From positions 1,911 to 65,910 of the forward strand of contig JAPOSC010000044.1 of NCBI GenBank assembly GCA_026709935.1: 64,000 nt of DNA, given 5' to 3'. The notes below the pieces were generated by a model, which was not told the origin of the DNA, searched no databases, and saw only the letters and a list, made by a program, of their open reading frames with translations. Below, in pieces: positions 11,611 through 21,718 of the stretch (within the stretch, counting starts at the first letter, position 1; every line of letters starts with the position of its first letter). Both the position numbers and the translations under genes were made by a program. This DNA is from Thiotrichales bacterium (GTDB lineage: Bacteria > Pseudomonadota > Gammaproteobacteria > HK1).

Positions 11611-13161
11611 ATGCGGGACGAATCGCCGCGCCCGACCGCTCCATCACGCCGGTACCCTCGCATGCGCGAGGTTGCCGCCGCGGGCGGATGCCTCGCGGCC
11701 GGGGCGGCGCTGCCGCTCGCGTTCGCTCCGTTCGGGTTCTTTCCCGTCGCGTTTGTCTCTCTTGCCGTGCTGTTTCTCGCGTGGTGCCGATGCGCGACGC
11801 CGCGGCGCGCCTTTCTGCTCGGCTGGCTGTTCGGGCTCGGGTCCTTCGGCGCCGGCATCTCCTGGGTGTACGAGAGCTTCGGCTTCGCCAACGTGGCGGA
11901 ACCACTGGCATTCGTCCTGACGGTGACGCTGGTCGCGGGTCTCGCGCTCTACCCCGCCGTTCTCGGGTGGATCCTGGTACGTGTCGCGCCTGCCGCGGAT
12001 GCGCCGCGACTGCTGGCAATGTACCCGGCGGCATGGACGCTGTGGGAGTGGGTCAGAGGGTGGGCGTTGACCGGATTCCCGTGGTTGAAGGTCGGGTATG
12101 CGCAGATCGACGGCCCTGCTTCGGGATGGCTGCCGGTGCTAGGGGTCCACGGTACGGGTGCCCTGGTCGCGTTCGTGGCTGGCGGACTGGCCCTGACCGT
12201 GACTCCGGCCTTCACTCCGACCCCGGCTCGCCGCGAAGGACGCGCGTTCGTGCCGCTCGCGCTTGCGATCGCAATGTGGGGCGCGGGGGCCGGGCTTGCC
12301 GGCGTCGAATGGGGGCGGGAGGCAGGACCGCCGGTGAAGGTCGCGATCGTTCAGGGCAACGTCGACCAGAGTCGCAAGTGGCTTCCGGAAATGCGAGGCC
12401 CGACCCTGGAGCGGTACTCGCAACTGACGCGGGAGCGCTTCGATGCCGATCTCGTGGTCTGGCCGGAAACGGCAATCCCCGGATTCCTCGATACGCAGAT
12501 GGAATTCATGCGCCGGCTCGGGGAGGAGGCGGCCGAACATGGCAGTGCGATCGTGGCCGGAGTGCCGGTGCGCGAAGCGCCCGGAGGTCCCTACCTGAAC
12601 GCGGTGGCGATGCTCGGGTCGGAGCCGGGGCTCTACTTCAAGCGTCGCCTCGTGCCGTTCGGAGAGTATCTGCCGCTCGGGTTCGCGCTGCGCTCGGTGG
12701 TGAAGGCGCTGGGGATCCGGATGGCCGACTTCAGCTCCGGCCCCCGCGAGCAGGCGCCGATGCGTCTCGGCTCCCACGTGCTCGGGGTGTCGATCTGCTA
12801 CGAGATCGCGTTCGGGAGCGCGGTGCGCATGGATCTCCCGCAGGCCGCGTTGCTGGTGACAGTGAGCAACGATGCGTGGTTCGGCGACTCCATCGGCCCG
12901 CACCAGCATCTGGAGATCGCACGGGTGCGCGCCGCCGAGGCCGGGCGGTGGCTGGTGCGCGCGACGAATACCGGGCTGAGCGCGGTCATCTCGCCCCGCG
13001 GCGAGGTGCGGGGTCGGCTCCCTCAGTTCGAGGTTGCGGCGGAGACGTTCGAGGTTGTCCCGATGCGCGGGGAGACGCCGTATGCGCGGTTCGGGGACGC
13101 CCCGGTGCTCGTGGCTCTCGTGGTGTGGTTCGTTGCGGGCCTGATCCGGAGGATTGAGTGA
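11611..13161 (+). CDS. lnt: Apolipoprotein N-acyltransferase
   Basis: VWPETA, KRRLVPFGEY, ICYE (catalytic Cys) and SNDAWFG motifs. Confidence 0.95.
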   Translation: MRDESPRPTAPSRRYPRMREVAAAGGCLAAGAALPLAFAPFGFFPVAFVSLAVLFLAWCRCATPRRAFLLGWLFGLGSFGAGISWVYESFGFANVAEPLAFVLTVTLVAGLALYPAVLGWILVRVAPAADAPRLLAMYPAAWTLWEWVRGWALTGFPWLKVGYAQIDGPASGWLPVLGVHGTGALVAFVAGGLALTVTPAFTPTPARREGRAFVPLALAIAMWGAGAGLAGVEWGREAGPPVKVAIVQGNVDQSRKWLPEMRGPTLERYSQLTRERFDADLVVWPETAIPGFLDTQMEFMRRLGEEAAEHGSAIVAGVPVREAPGGPYLNAVAMLGSEPGLYFKRRLVPFGEYLPLGFALRSVVKALGIRMADFSSGPREQAPMRLGSHVLGVSICYEIAFGSAVRMDLPQAALLVTVSNDAWFGDSIGPHQHLEIARVRAAEAGRWLVRATNTGLSAVISPRGEVRGRLPQFEVAAETFEVVPMRGETPYARFGDAPVLVALVVWFVAGLIRRIE

Positions 13162-13826
13162 ACGGAGGTTCGAAAGTGCTGAGATTTGTTCTGTATCCGT
13201 GTCTGTGCCTGGGCCTGGGCTTGGCCATGGGCGCGGGGGGCGCGGTGGCCGAGAACGTCGAGGTGCTGCGCGACGGCGATATCGCCGGATGGGAAGAGAA
13301 GGTCTTTGCGGGTGAAACGCGCTACGAGACGGTCCGGCGCGACGGACGGCTCGTGCTGCGGGCGACGAGTCGCGGGACCGCCTCGGGTCTGTACCTGGAG
13401 CGCCGGATCGATCTGGAGAAGACCCCGATCCTGCGCTGGACGTGGCGCGTCGACGGCACCTTGGGAGATATCGACGAACGTACCCGCACCGGCGACGACT
13501 ACGCCGCCCGGGTCTACGTCATTCGGTCACATCCGGTGTTCGCCTGGCGAACGCGGGCCGTGAGCTACGTGTGGGCGAGCACCCGGACCCCGGGCGAGAC
13601 GTGGCCGAACGCGTACACCGACGCCGTTCGTCACATTGCCCTCCGCTCCGGCGAGGAGGAGGCCGGCCGGTGGATCGAGGAGCGCAGAGATGTGCGCGCG
13701 GACTTCCGGGCGCTGTTCGGTGAGTCCGTCCGCGAAGTCGACGCGGTGGCGATCATGACCGACACCGACAACAGCGACGGCGCCGCAGTGGCGTACTACG
13801 GAGACATCACCTTCACGAGCGAGTGA
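13158..13826 (+). CDS. DUF3047 family protein
   Basis: Signal peptide; W.WRV...GDDYAARVYV and AIMTDTDN motifs. Confidence 0.8.
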   Translation: MNGGSKVLRFVLYPCLCLGLGLAMGAGGAVAENVEVLRDGDIAGWEEKVFAGETRYETVRRDGRLVLRATSRGTASGLYLERRIDLEKTPILRWTWRVDGTLGDIDERTRTGDDYAARVYVIRSHPVFAWRTRAVSYVWASTRTPGETWPNAYTDAVRHIALRSGEEEAGRWIEERRDVRADFRALFGESVREVDAVAIMTDTDNSDGAAVAYYGDITFTSE

Positions 13827-13949
13827 AGCCGGTACGTCACCGGCCGCGGGCCGCGTGCCCGCGTGGTCGGACCGACCGTGCAACCCGAATCCGATGATGT
13901 GCGGTGCCGGCGTAGTGGGCCACGTGCCGCGTGGTCAGGCTCCGTGTGG

Positions 13950-14414
13950 TCAGGCCGTGCCCCCGGCCCGGTGCTTCATTCGGATGAACACCGCGTGGGG
14001 CACGTGGATGAGGTCCGCGATTCGGCGCACCAGATTCTCCTCGTACTTGTCGAGGTGGCCGTCCGCATAGGCGACCCGCCACAGCAGCTCCACCACGTGC
14101 GCCTTCTGGTCGTGATCGAACTCCCGGTTGACGTGCCGGGTGAATTCGTAGAGGGAGGTCGCGTGTTCGGCCCGCTCCTCGGCCCGCGCCAGCAGGTCGC
14201 GCGTTTCCTCCGGTGAGAGGTCGTCGAACGCCGCCTCCAGGGCGCGCAGTACCACTGCGCGCTCCTCGGGCCGGGCCTCGTGGTCGGCCCGCATCACCTC
14301 GACCAGCAGCGCCGCGGTCGCGACGTGGTAGCCGTGCTCGCGTTCTTCGGCCTCCGTGGCCCGCCTTGCGGTGGCCACGGTGGATTCGAACAGTCGCTGA
14401 AATGCCTGGAACAT
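13950..14414 (-). CDS. TerB-family (tellurite resistance-like) protein
   Basis: ATAALLVEVMRAD, ATSLYEFTR and LWRVAYADGHLDKYEE motifs. Confidence 0.8.
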   Translation of the reverse strand: MFQAFQRLFESTVATARRATEAEEREHGYHVATAALLVEVMRADHEARPEERAVVLRALEAAFDDLSPEETRDLLARAEERAEHATSLYEFTRHVNREFDHDQKAHVVELLWRVAYADGHLDKYEENLVRRIADLIHVPHAVFIRMKHRAGGTA

Positions 14415-14445
14415 GTGGTCTCCGCGGCCCGAGGCCTGCGTCCAG

Positions 14446-14497
14446 CCCGGAAATTCACCTGCGCGCCCTCGCTTCGCGAATCGGTGAAATTTCCGGG
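14446..14497. repeat. Dispersed palindromic element, hairpin copy
   Basis: cccggaaattcacc...cggtgaaatttccggg; 14462-14497 is 35/36 identical to 38522-38557. Confidence 0.7.
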
Positions 14498-15994
14498 TCA
14501 ATGCACCGCCGCGAACATGATGTCCTCGTCGGTGACGCCGGCCGGCGAGAATTCCTCCACGATCCGCCCCTGGCGGCATACGAGGATGCGGTCCGACAGC
14601 TTGCGTACTTCCGGCAGGTAGGACGTGATGACCACGACCGCGAGCCCGTTGTCGGCCAGGGCCTGAATCAGACGATGAATCTCGTCGATCGCCGCGACGT
14701 CGACCCCGCGGGTGGGCTCGTCGAAAATGATCAGTCGCGGGGTCCGGATCAGCGCCTTGCCGATGACGATCTTCTGCTGGTTGCCCCCCGAGAGCTCGAT
14801 GACCCTCGCGTCGTCGTTGATCGCCCTGATGCCGATTTCCCCGCGCCATTTCCGCGCAAGGTCTCGCATCTCGCGCATGCTGACCGTCGAACGCCGGTGC
14901 AGGCCCGACGACAGGAGCGCCGCGTAGAAGTTCTCCGCGATCGACATGGAGTCGAAGAACCCCTCGGACTTCCTGTCTTCGGTGACGTAGACGATGCCGT
15001 CGGACACCGCCATGCTCGGAACCCGGTAACGCACCGGCTTCCCCCTGAACCTGATTTGCCCGCCGCGCGCGAAATCGCGCTTGTAGATCCCCGCGATCAC
15101 CTTTGCCGTTTCGGTCCTTCCCGAACCCACCAGCCCGAAAATCGTCGTGATCTGGTTCGAGAAGATGGAGAAGGAGTTGTTCTTGACCGCGGCTCCCATG
15201 GAAAGATCCTGTACGTCGAGGATCCGTTCGCCCGCGGGCCGGATGTCCTGGTCGCTTTTCGACTGGTACAGCGTGTCGGAGAGGCTGCGCCCCACCATGG
15301 CTCGAACCACCTCCCGGCGGTCGAGGTTGCGCGTCTCGTCGGTGAGGATGCGCTCTCCGTCGCGCAGGATGGTAATGCGGTCGCTCACCGCCAGCGACTC
15401 CTCGAGCGCATGGGAGATGAACACGAGCGAGACCCCTTCGCGGCGCAGCCGCTTGATCAGAGCGAAGAAGTGATGCTTTTCCTCGGGGGTCAGGGACGCG
15501 GTCGGCTCGTCGAAGATCAGCACCCGGGCGTTCAGGCGGACGGCCCGGGCGATTTCCAGCATCTGGCGCTGGGCCGCCCCCAGCGTCGCCACCAGCGCCG
15601 TTGGGTCCACCGTGAAGTTCAGCGACTGAAGGAACTGCTGGGCTGAAATGTTGATTCCCCGCAGCCGGTTCAGGAACTTCTCGTTCCCCAGGTAGAGGTT
15701 CTGCGAGACGGTCATGGACGGCACGAGGCTCGTTTCCTGGAATACCATCGCGATGCCCGCCGACAGGGCCTCGGACGGACTCCTGAAGCTCACCTCCCGG
15801 CCCCGGTAGCGCATGGTGCCGTCGGACGGATCGACCACCCCGGCCATGATTTTGGTCAGGGTGGATTTGCCGGCGCCGTTCTCGCCCAGGATCGAGTGCA
15901 GTTCACCTTCGAGCAGTTCGAAGTCGACATCTCTGACCGCCGTCGCACCGCGGTAGCGCTTCGAAACTTTCTCCATGCTCAGTACGACCGTCAT
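14498..15994 (-). CDS. Sugar (CUT2/RbsA-like) ABC ATP-binding protein
   Basis: GENGAGKST and LSGGNQQK motifs, two NBD halves. Confidence 0.92.
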   Translation of the reverse strand: MTVVLSMEKVSKRYRGATAVRDVDFELLEGELHSILGENGAGKSTLTKIMAGVVDPSDGTMRYRGREVSFRSPSEALSAGIAMVFQETSLVPSMTVSQNLYLGNEKFLNRLRGINISAQQFLQSLNFTVDPTALVATLGAAQRQMLEIARAVRLNARVLIFDEPTASLTPEEKHHFFALIKRLRREGVSLVFISHALEESLAVSDRITILRDGERILTDETRNLDRREVVRAMVGRSLSDTLYQSKSDQDIRPAGERILDVQDLSMGAAVKNNSFSIFSNQITTIFGLVGSGRTETAKVIAGIYKRDFARGGQIRFRGKPVRYRVPSMAVSDGIVYVTEDRKSEGFFDSMSIAENFYAALLSSGLHRRSTVSMREMRDLARKWRGEIGIRAINDDARVIELSGGNQQKIVIGKALIRTPRLIIFDEPTRGVDVAAIDEIHRLIQALADNGLAVVVITSYLPEVRKLSDRILVCRQGRIVEEFSPAGVTDEDIMFAAVH

Positions 15995-17097
15995 GTCCCG
16001 GCCCCGGTTTCCTGCGGCAGCTCCACGATGCAGTGCCCACCCTTCGACGTGGCGAATATCCGCCCCTGGATCTCGCAGCAACTCGTCATGCCGTGACGCG
16101 TGCCGTTGGCGCGGCTGTGGAAGCTCGCGGCCGGCGTTCCGTCGGCGCCGAGGCGCACGACCAGTCCGTAGGACAGGGTCGGCGCCCAGGGCTTGTGAAT
16201 CCCCATGATCTTCACGCCCCCCTGCTGGAGCGGCTCGAGAAAGCTCTCTCCCGTCCTCAACGCCGGGGCGATCCAGTGCTCCGGCGCCACGGTTTCGACC
16301 ATCTGCCGGCGGAATTCATCCTCCATGAGCACGAACTCGATGAGCCGGTTGCGTGGGGCGAAGATGCACAGCATCACACTCCCGTCCCGGAGCCGCGACA
16401 GCCTTGCGGGGTAGCCGTGGAGATTGTCCAGGACCGTTTCGGGCCGCCCTCCGCTGGAGCGGAGTCTGAGAATCCGGTGCCTCCAGGACTCGGACACGAG
16501 GATGCCGTCCGGCTCCGGCAGCACCACCGCCCCGTACGGCCAGGCCAGGCCCCCGGCGAGACACACCTCGGTGCCGCGGTCGAGATCGAGCATCCAGACC
16601 GAGCCGCTGTTGCCCGCCAGCATCAGGTCCCGGACGTTCTGCGACGGTGGCACCCGATCTGAGCCCTGGCACACCACGAGCTTCCGGGGGCCCGCGAAGC
16701 ACAGGGCCACGGGACACTTCAGGCGGTCCGGGCCGACCGACGGGAGCTCCACCACCGACTCCCCGGGTCCACGGACGATGATCGTCCCGTCGTCGAGGCC
16801 GACCGCATGGCTACCATCCGGAGCGCCCGCGAGGCACGCGATCTGCGCATCGAACTCCCTGATCACCTCCGGCTTGCCGTGGTCCGACGCCAGGTCGATG
16901 CGTTGCAGGCTCGCCCCGGACGAGCACCAGAGATCCCCTCCCACGTCGGCCACGTTGTCGGGCTCATGCAGGCTCGCCAGGACCGGAGCCTCGTCGAGCC
17001 GCATATTCGGCTGCATGGCCCCGTCGAGATGAGGGATCGTGATCGCCTTCGGTCTGAAGAGGTCCAGAAGACGGTCGAAGGCTTCATCGATGATCAA
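15991..17097 (-). CDS. Strictosidine synthase-like beta-propeller protein
   Basis: Propeller repeats (LAWPYG, ESWRHR, LHGYPARL, WIAPAL); TTG start overlapping the upstream TGA. Confidence 0.75.
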   Translation of the reverse strand: MIIDEAFDRLLDLFRPKAITIPHLDGAMQPNMRLDEAPVLASLHEPDNVADVGGDLWCSSGASLQRIDLASDHGKPEVIREFDAQIACLAGAPDGSHAVGLDDGTIIVRGPGESVVELPSVGPDRLKCPVALCFAGPRKLVVCQGSDRVPPSQNVRDLMLAGNSGSVWMLDLDRGTEVCLAGGLAWPYGAVVLPEPDGILVSESWRHRILRLRSSGGRPETVLDNLHGYPARLSRLRDGSVMLCIFAPRNRLIEFVLMEDEFRRQMVETVAPEHWIAPALRTGESFLEPLQQGGVKIMGIHKPWAPTLSYGLVVRLGADGTPAASFHSRANGTRHGMTSCCEIQGRIFATSKGGHCIVELPQETGAGT

Positions 17098-19217
17098 GGC
17101 GCACGGCCCCGATACGAGGACATTCCCGTCCAGTACGCGTTGGCACCGTCGAGCTTGTAGCGGCCGATGCGGTTGTTCAGGATTCCGCCCACGTAGAGAT
17201 AGCCCTTGTGCTCGCGCATGGAAGTCACCATCGGGTGGTGCTTCCCGCCGAGATCGCCAAGGGTGGTCAGAATCCGTCCGCTCTCGTCGAATTTCACGAC
17301 CCCGCCGGTATTGATGTTGGGGAACAGCCAGTCGTCTTTCGGGAGTCGGCGGGTCATCCTTCGTCTCGCCCCGGGTCGCCTCAGCATGAGGTCGAAGGTC
17401 GGGGTCCTCATGCCCAGCCACGCCATCCAGTAGGTGCCGTCGGACGCACGGTTGATGTTGTCGGGGTAGCCGGGCATGTCCCGAATGACGCATTCCAGTC
17501 GACCGGCCTCCGGGCCGCGGTACCAGTAACGGTTCACCCGGCATTCCCACGACTCGGCGAAGAAGAACGACTCGCCGTCATGCGCCATGCAGACGCCGTT
17601 GGGGTAGTTCAGCCTCCGGAGCAGGGTGCGCGTGCGCCCGATCTCGGGGTCGTAGACGAGCACCCGCCCCGTCGGCCGGTTCTCGACGCTGTCGGTCGCC
17701 CACTCGTGCGCGTCGTAGCGGGTGGTGGAGTCGGTGAAATAGATCCGGCCGTCCGAACCGATGTCGAGGTCGTTGGGGTCGCGCAGCCGCGCATCGTCCA
17801 CCACCGACAGCCAGGACCGATTGGTTTCCGCCGACAACCGTTCCACTCTTCGGTCGGGGGAGACCGAGTACAGCCCCATGGCCCCCACGCACACCTTCAG
17901 CGACCCGTCCCGGTCGAAGGCGAGTCCGAGAGGAAAGCCCCCGATGTGGGCGTAAATCTCCGACTCCCGATACTCCGGTGCGAAGTAGCGCACGATGTCG
18001 CCGTGCCGTGTCCCGCAGTACAGGTGGTCGTCCTCGTCCAGGATCACGTCCTCGGGTCCCTCGATCTCGCCGAGCCCGATGATCTCGGTTTCGGAAAGCC
18101 GATGGTTCAGGGCGTACGGCGTCCCGCTGCCGGGCAGCGCCGACGGGGCGGGTCCCATCGATGTGTAGACCGGCGCGACATAGACGTTGTGAAGCACCTT
18201 CTGGCGATTCTTCAGCCAGCGGATGTCCAGAATCACCGCTATTGCCAGCATCAGGCCCAGGACCATCTGGTTGGTCCCGCTGTGGTATCCCATGCGGATC
18301 AGGCTGTTGTTGATCGTGAGGACGATCAGGGCGCCGAGGACCCCCTTGGCGATGGAACCCCGGCCGCCGCCCAGGCTGATGCCCCCGACCACGCAGGCCG
18401 TCAGCGCCAGGATCTCCAGGTTGATTCCCGTGCCCGGGCCGGTCCCGTTCAGGCGGGCGCCGAAGAGGAAGCCGGCAATTCCGCAGCAGGCCCCGGAAAT
18501 CACGTAGGTCCAGAACACCGTCTTCCTCACGTCGATTCCGGTGTTGAACGCGGACCGTCGCGACCCGCCGATGGCGGTGATGTGCCAGCCCGGACGCGAC
18601 CGGCTCAGGAAGATGTGCGCCGTCACCAGGATGGCGATGGCGGCGATCAGGCTCACCGGGAACAGCCGGATCGAGCCGTCACCGATGAAGTCCCAGACCG
18701 GCGAGTCCCGGTAGGCGAGCTGGATCGCGGTTCCGAACTGGACCAGCGCGATGTCGTAGACCGCGCGCCCGATGACCAGGGTCACGAGCGTGGTCAGGAA
18801 GGCGCGGAGCTTGAAGAATCCGATCAGCACGCCGTTGAAGGCGCCGAATACCGCGCCGATGCCGACCGCGATCACGAATGCGACCGGTATCGGCCATTGC
18901 AGCAGATTGACGACCCCGACCGCGGCCAGGGCGCAGAGCGCGTAGTTCGAGCCGATGCTCAGGTCGATGCCGCCGGCCATCATCACGATCGAGATGCCGC
19001 AGACGATGATCAGGAACTCCCCCATCTGCCGGCCGGAGTCGCTCAGGCTCTGGGGGGACAGGAAGTTGGGGATGAGGTGATCGAGGACGACGATGGTGAG
19101 CAGCAGGAAGAGGAGGGGGACCGCGTTGTCGGCCCAGCGCTTGGACAGGACCTCCCCGAGCACATGGTCGGGGAACCAGTTGTACCGTGCCTTGCTCAGC
19201 GCTTCGGGGATCTTCAT
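17094..19217 (-). CDS. ABC permease fused to a strictosidine-synthase/SMP-30/gluconolactonase domain
   Basis: N-terminal RbsC-like TM region (GIDLSIGS, GGISLGGGRG); C-terminal GPED/PND/PNG/PDN propeller motifs. Confidence 0.88.
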   Translation of the reverse strand: MKIPEALSKARYNWFPDHVLGEVLSKRWADNAVPLLFLLLTIVVLDHLIPNFLSPQSLSDSGRQMGEFLIIVCGISIVMMAGGIDLSIGSNYALCALAAVGVVNLLQWPIPVAFVIAVGIGAVFGAFNGVLIGFFKLRAFLTTLVTLVIGRAVYDIALVQFGTAIQLAYRDSPVWDFIGDGSIRLFPVSLIAAIAILVTAHIFLSRSRPGWHITAIGGSRRSAFNTGIDVRKTVFWTYVISGACCGIAGFLFGARLNGTGPGTGINLEILALTACVVGGISLGGGRGSIAKGVLGALIVLTINNSLIRMGYHSGTNQMVLGLMLAIAVILDIRWLKNRQKVLHNVYVAPVYTSMGPAPSALPGSGTPYALNHRLSETEIIGLGEIEGPEDVILDEDDHLYCGTRHGDIVRYFAPEYRESEIYAHIGGFPLGLAFDRDGSLKVCVGAMGLYSVSPDRRVERLSAETNRSWLSVVDDARLRDPNDLDIGSDGRIYFTDSTTRYDAHEWATDSVENRPTGRVLVYDPEIGRTRTLLRRLNYPNGVCMAHDGESFFFAESWECRVNRYWYRGPEAGRLECVIRDMPGYPDNINRASDGTYWMAWLGMRTPTFDLMLRRPGARRRMTRRLPKDDWLFPNINTGGVVKFDESGRILTTLGDLGGKHHPMVTSMREHKGYLYVGGILNNRIGRYKLDGANAYWTGMSSYRGRAP

Positions 19218-19289
19218 TCGAAGCTCCCCGCGCGACTCCGCCCGCCGCCACGCCCGCGCAGTGCGGGCGTGGCGGGGCGGTTCCCCTGG

Positions 19290-20312
19290 TCAGGAAGCAT
19301 TGGCGGCACTGGCAGCATTGCGCTTCAGGCTCCAGCAGAACCCGGGATAGATGTCTTCCTTGGTGGTGATGGTCTCGTGGGTATAGTTGAAGATGGTCAT
19401 CGTGCCGGGCGGTAACCCGCTCTGAAGCAGGGTCTTGATCGTCGCGTTCACCGCCTGCGACTGCTTCGGCACCTCCGTCGACACCAGCGCATCGATGGTG
19501 CCCTCTTCAAGCATCTTGCAGTCCACTTCCTCACCACCGCCGGTGGTGATCAGCGCGATCTCGCCGGTCTTGCCCGCGGCCCGGATGGCGGCCGCGGTAC
19601 CCACCGCAGTGCCGTCCCAGAAGTCGATGATCGCGCACAGATCCGGATGTTGTTGCAGCATCGTGGTCGCGACCGCCTGCGCCTTGGTCGCGTCCCAGTC
19701 CGAGTAGGGCTTGGCGGCGATCGACAGATGATCATGCTGCGACACGATGTTCATGATGCCATGGTACTGGTCGATGCTCGACGCATTCACCTCCTCGCCC
19801 TGGATCAGACCGATCTTCCCGGAAGTGCCTTCTCCGCAGTGATCGAGGGCCGCCGTCGCCTCCAGCTCTCCCAGGGTTTCCCAGTTGCTGCCGAGAAAGG
19901 CATCCGTGGGGTAGGCGCTGCGGTTGTCGATCTGGATCACGTAGATGCCGGCCTTCTGGGCCCGCTTGAACAGCTTCACGTATGACTGGAGGTCAGGATT
20001 GTGGACGATGATCACGGCTGGTTTGCTGGCGATCACGTCGGTCAACGCCTGTGCTCCGGCTTCGACGCTCCAGTTGGGGTCGCGGGTCTCGAAGATGCCA
20101 CCGTACGACCTGACCTCCTTGCCGATGTAGTAGGCCCAGCCCTGGGCCAGGTCGAACCCCATGGCCATGGGCATCAGGACCACGCGCTTGCCTTCCATGG
20201 TCTCGCGCGCCCTTTCGGGGCCGGGGTCGTTGAGCTGTGCCGGTGCGGGCGCCGCGACTGCGAACGCCAGCGCACATGCGGCGACTTTCAGGATGTTTCC
20301 ACGGGTGTGCAT
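19290..20312 (-). CDS. Sugar ABC substrate-binding protein (RbsB-like)
   Basis: Signal peptide; DWDATKA and LQQHPDLCAI motifs; operon context. Confidence 0.85.
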   Translation of the reverse strand: MHTRGNILKVAACALAFAVAAPAPAQLNDPGPERARETMEGKRVVLMPMAMGFDLAQGWAYYIGKEVRSYGGIFETRDPNWSVEAGAQALTDVIASKPAVIIVHNPDLQSYVKLFKRAQKAGIYVIQIDNRSAYPTDAFLGSNWETLGELEATAALDHCGEGTSGKIGLIQGEEVNASSIDQYHGIMNIVSQHDHLSIAAKPYSDWDATKAQAVATTMLQQHPDLCAIIDFWDGTAVGTAAAIRAAGKTGEIALITTGGGEEVDCKMLEEGTIDALVSTEVPKQSQAVNATIKTLLQSGLPPGTMTIFNYTHETITTKEDIYPGFCWSLKRNAASAANAS

Positions 20313-20363
20313 GTGATTCTCCCCTTTTGGACTGACGTGGATATCAAGGCGTCGAAATGCGGG

Positions 20364-21362
20364 CTAGATGTCTCCCTGCTTTTCGGTCTGCTCGTCGCGC
20401 TGGTTCAGCAACGTGTCGGTCATGATTGCGGCCAGCAGGATGAGGGCCTTGATCAGGTTCTGGTGCGTGTCCTCGAAGTCGAGAATGGTCATCGCGTTGA
20501 CCAGGATCCCGATGAGAAGCGCACCGAAGACGACATTCCGGATCCCTCCCTTTCCTCCGCTCAGGCCGATGCCACCGAGCACGACGATCAGAATGACGTC
20601 GTAGAGGAGGGTGGAGTTCACGATCCGGGTATTCATGCTTTGCAGATTCAGGGCGACGATCGCCCCGGCCACGGATGCAAACAACGCGCAGGCGACATAT
20701 TGCAGGACCAGCATGGGCCGCACCGGGATCCCCAGATTGCGGGCCGCGGCAAAGTTGTCGCCGATGTAGTAGACGTACCGGCCGAACTTGGTGAATTTGA
20801 GGAACACGGTGGCCACGAGGCACACCGCGACGAAGACGAAGACTTCCAGCGGCACGCCCCAGAGCTTCAGCGTGCCGAGGGCGAGCAGCGTGGTGAACTC
20901 CGGAGGGATGAAGGCGACATCCTGGCCCATCAGTTGCGATCGGCCGAAACCGTACACGAACAGACCCATCGCCAAGGTCGCGAAGATCGGGGGGATCTCG
21001 CCATAGGCCACGAGGAACCCGTTGATGGCCCCCACCAGGATGACCAGCATCAGCACGAACAGGAACCCGGACCATATCGGCAGGCCCTGACCCAGCAGCT
21101 CGATGAAGTACGCAGCGGAAATGGCCAGGACGGAGACCACCGAGAGGTCGATGCCGCGGCCGATGATGACCAGGCCCATCCCCACCCCGAGGATCCCGAG
21201 CACGCAGATGTTGCGCACCAGCCCGATGAGATTCGATACCGAGAAGAAGCCGGTGAGGAAGATCGAGAACCCGATGAACAGCGCGGCGGCCATGATGACC
21301 ACCACCTTTTCCTGGGTCAGGCCCTTGCCGGGAAGCAACCAGTGCAAGCTGACCGCTCCCAT
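20364..21362 (-). CDS. Sugar ABC permease (RbsC-like)
   Basis: GRGIDLSV, TKFGRYVYYIGDN and VVLGGIGLSGGKG motifs. Confidence 0.9.
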   Translation of the reverse strand: MGAVSLHWLLPGKGLTQEKVVVIMAAALFIGFSIFLTGFFSVSNLIGLVRNICVLGILGVGMGLVIIGRGIDLSVVSVLAISAAYFIELLGQGLPIWSGFLFVLMLVILVGAINGFLVAYGEIPPIFATLAMGLFVYGFGRSQLMGQDVAFIPPEFTTLLALGTLKLWGVPLEVFVFVAVCLVATVFLKFTKFGRYVYYIGDNFAAARNLGIPVRPMLVLQYVACALFASVAGAIVALNLQSMNTRIVNSTLLYDVILIVVLGGIGLSGGKGGIRNVVFGALLIGILVNAMTILDFEDTHQNLIKALILLAAIMTDTLLNQRDEQTEKQGDI

Positions 21363-21628
21363 TGCGTCAGTCCGCTCCGGCCGTCACGAATGCAGCCACC
21401 GGCTCGATCCGGCGGCATGCCGGACATGTCGAGCCACGACATTGTTCGTCATCATGCGTCCGGCGGGGCTGACGCCCGGGTGTCCGCGCGCTCGGCGTCC
21501 CGGGTATTCCCCGGCCCCCGGTACGCCCGCGCGGCGGTGGCCTCCATTCGGCTCATGACCCTTTCCCTGCTTGCGCTGGTACCGAACCCGGCCTCCATCA
21601 TGGCACAGCAGTGCGCGGCCTTGCCAAC

Positions 21629-21664
21629 GTTCCAGGCAAAGTTCCAGGCAATGTTCCAGGCGCC
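21629..21664 (+). repeat. 3 x 12-bp direct repeat (gttccaggcaaa-like)
   Basis: gttccaggcaaa/gttccaggcaat/gttccaggcgcc in a divergent intergenic region. Confidence 0.7.
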
Positions 21665-21718
21665 GCCGGCTTCCGTCCTGTGCTTGAATGGTCGCCGGAT
21701 CGTGTCGAGGCCCATCGA

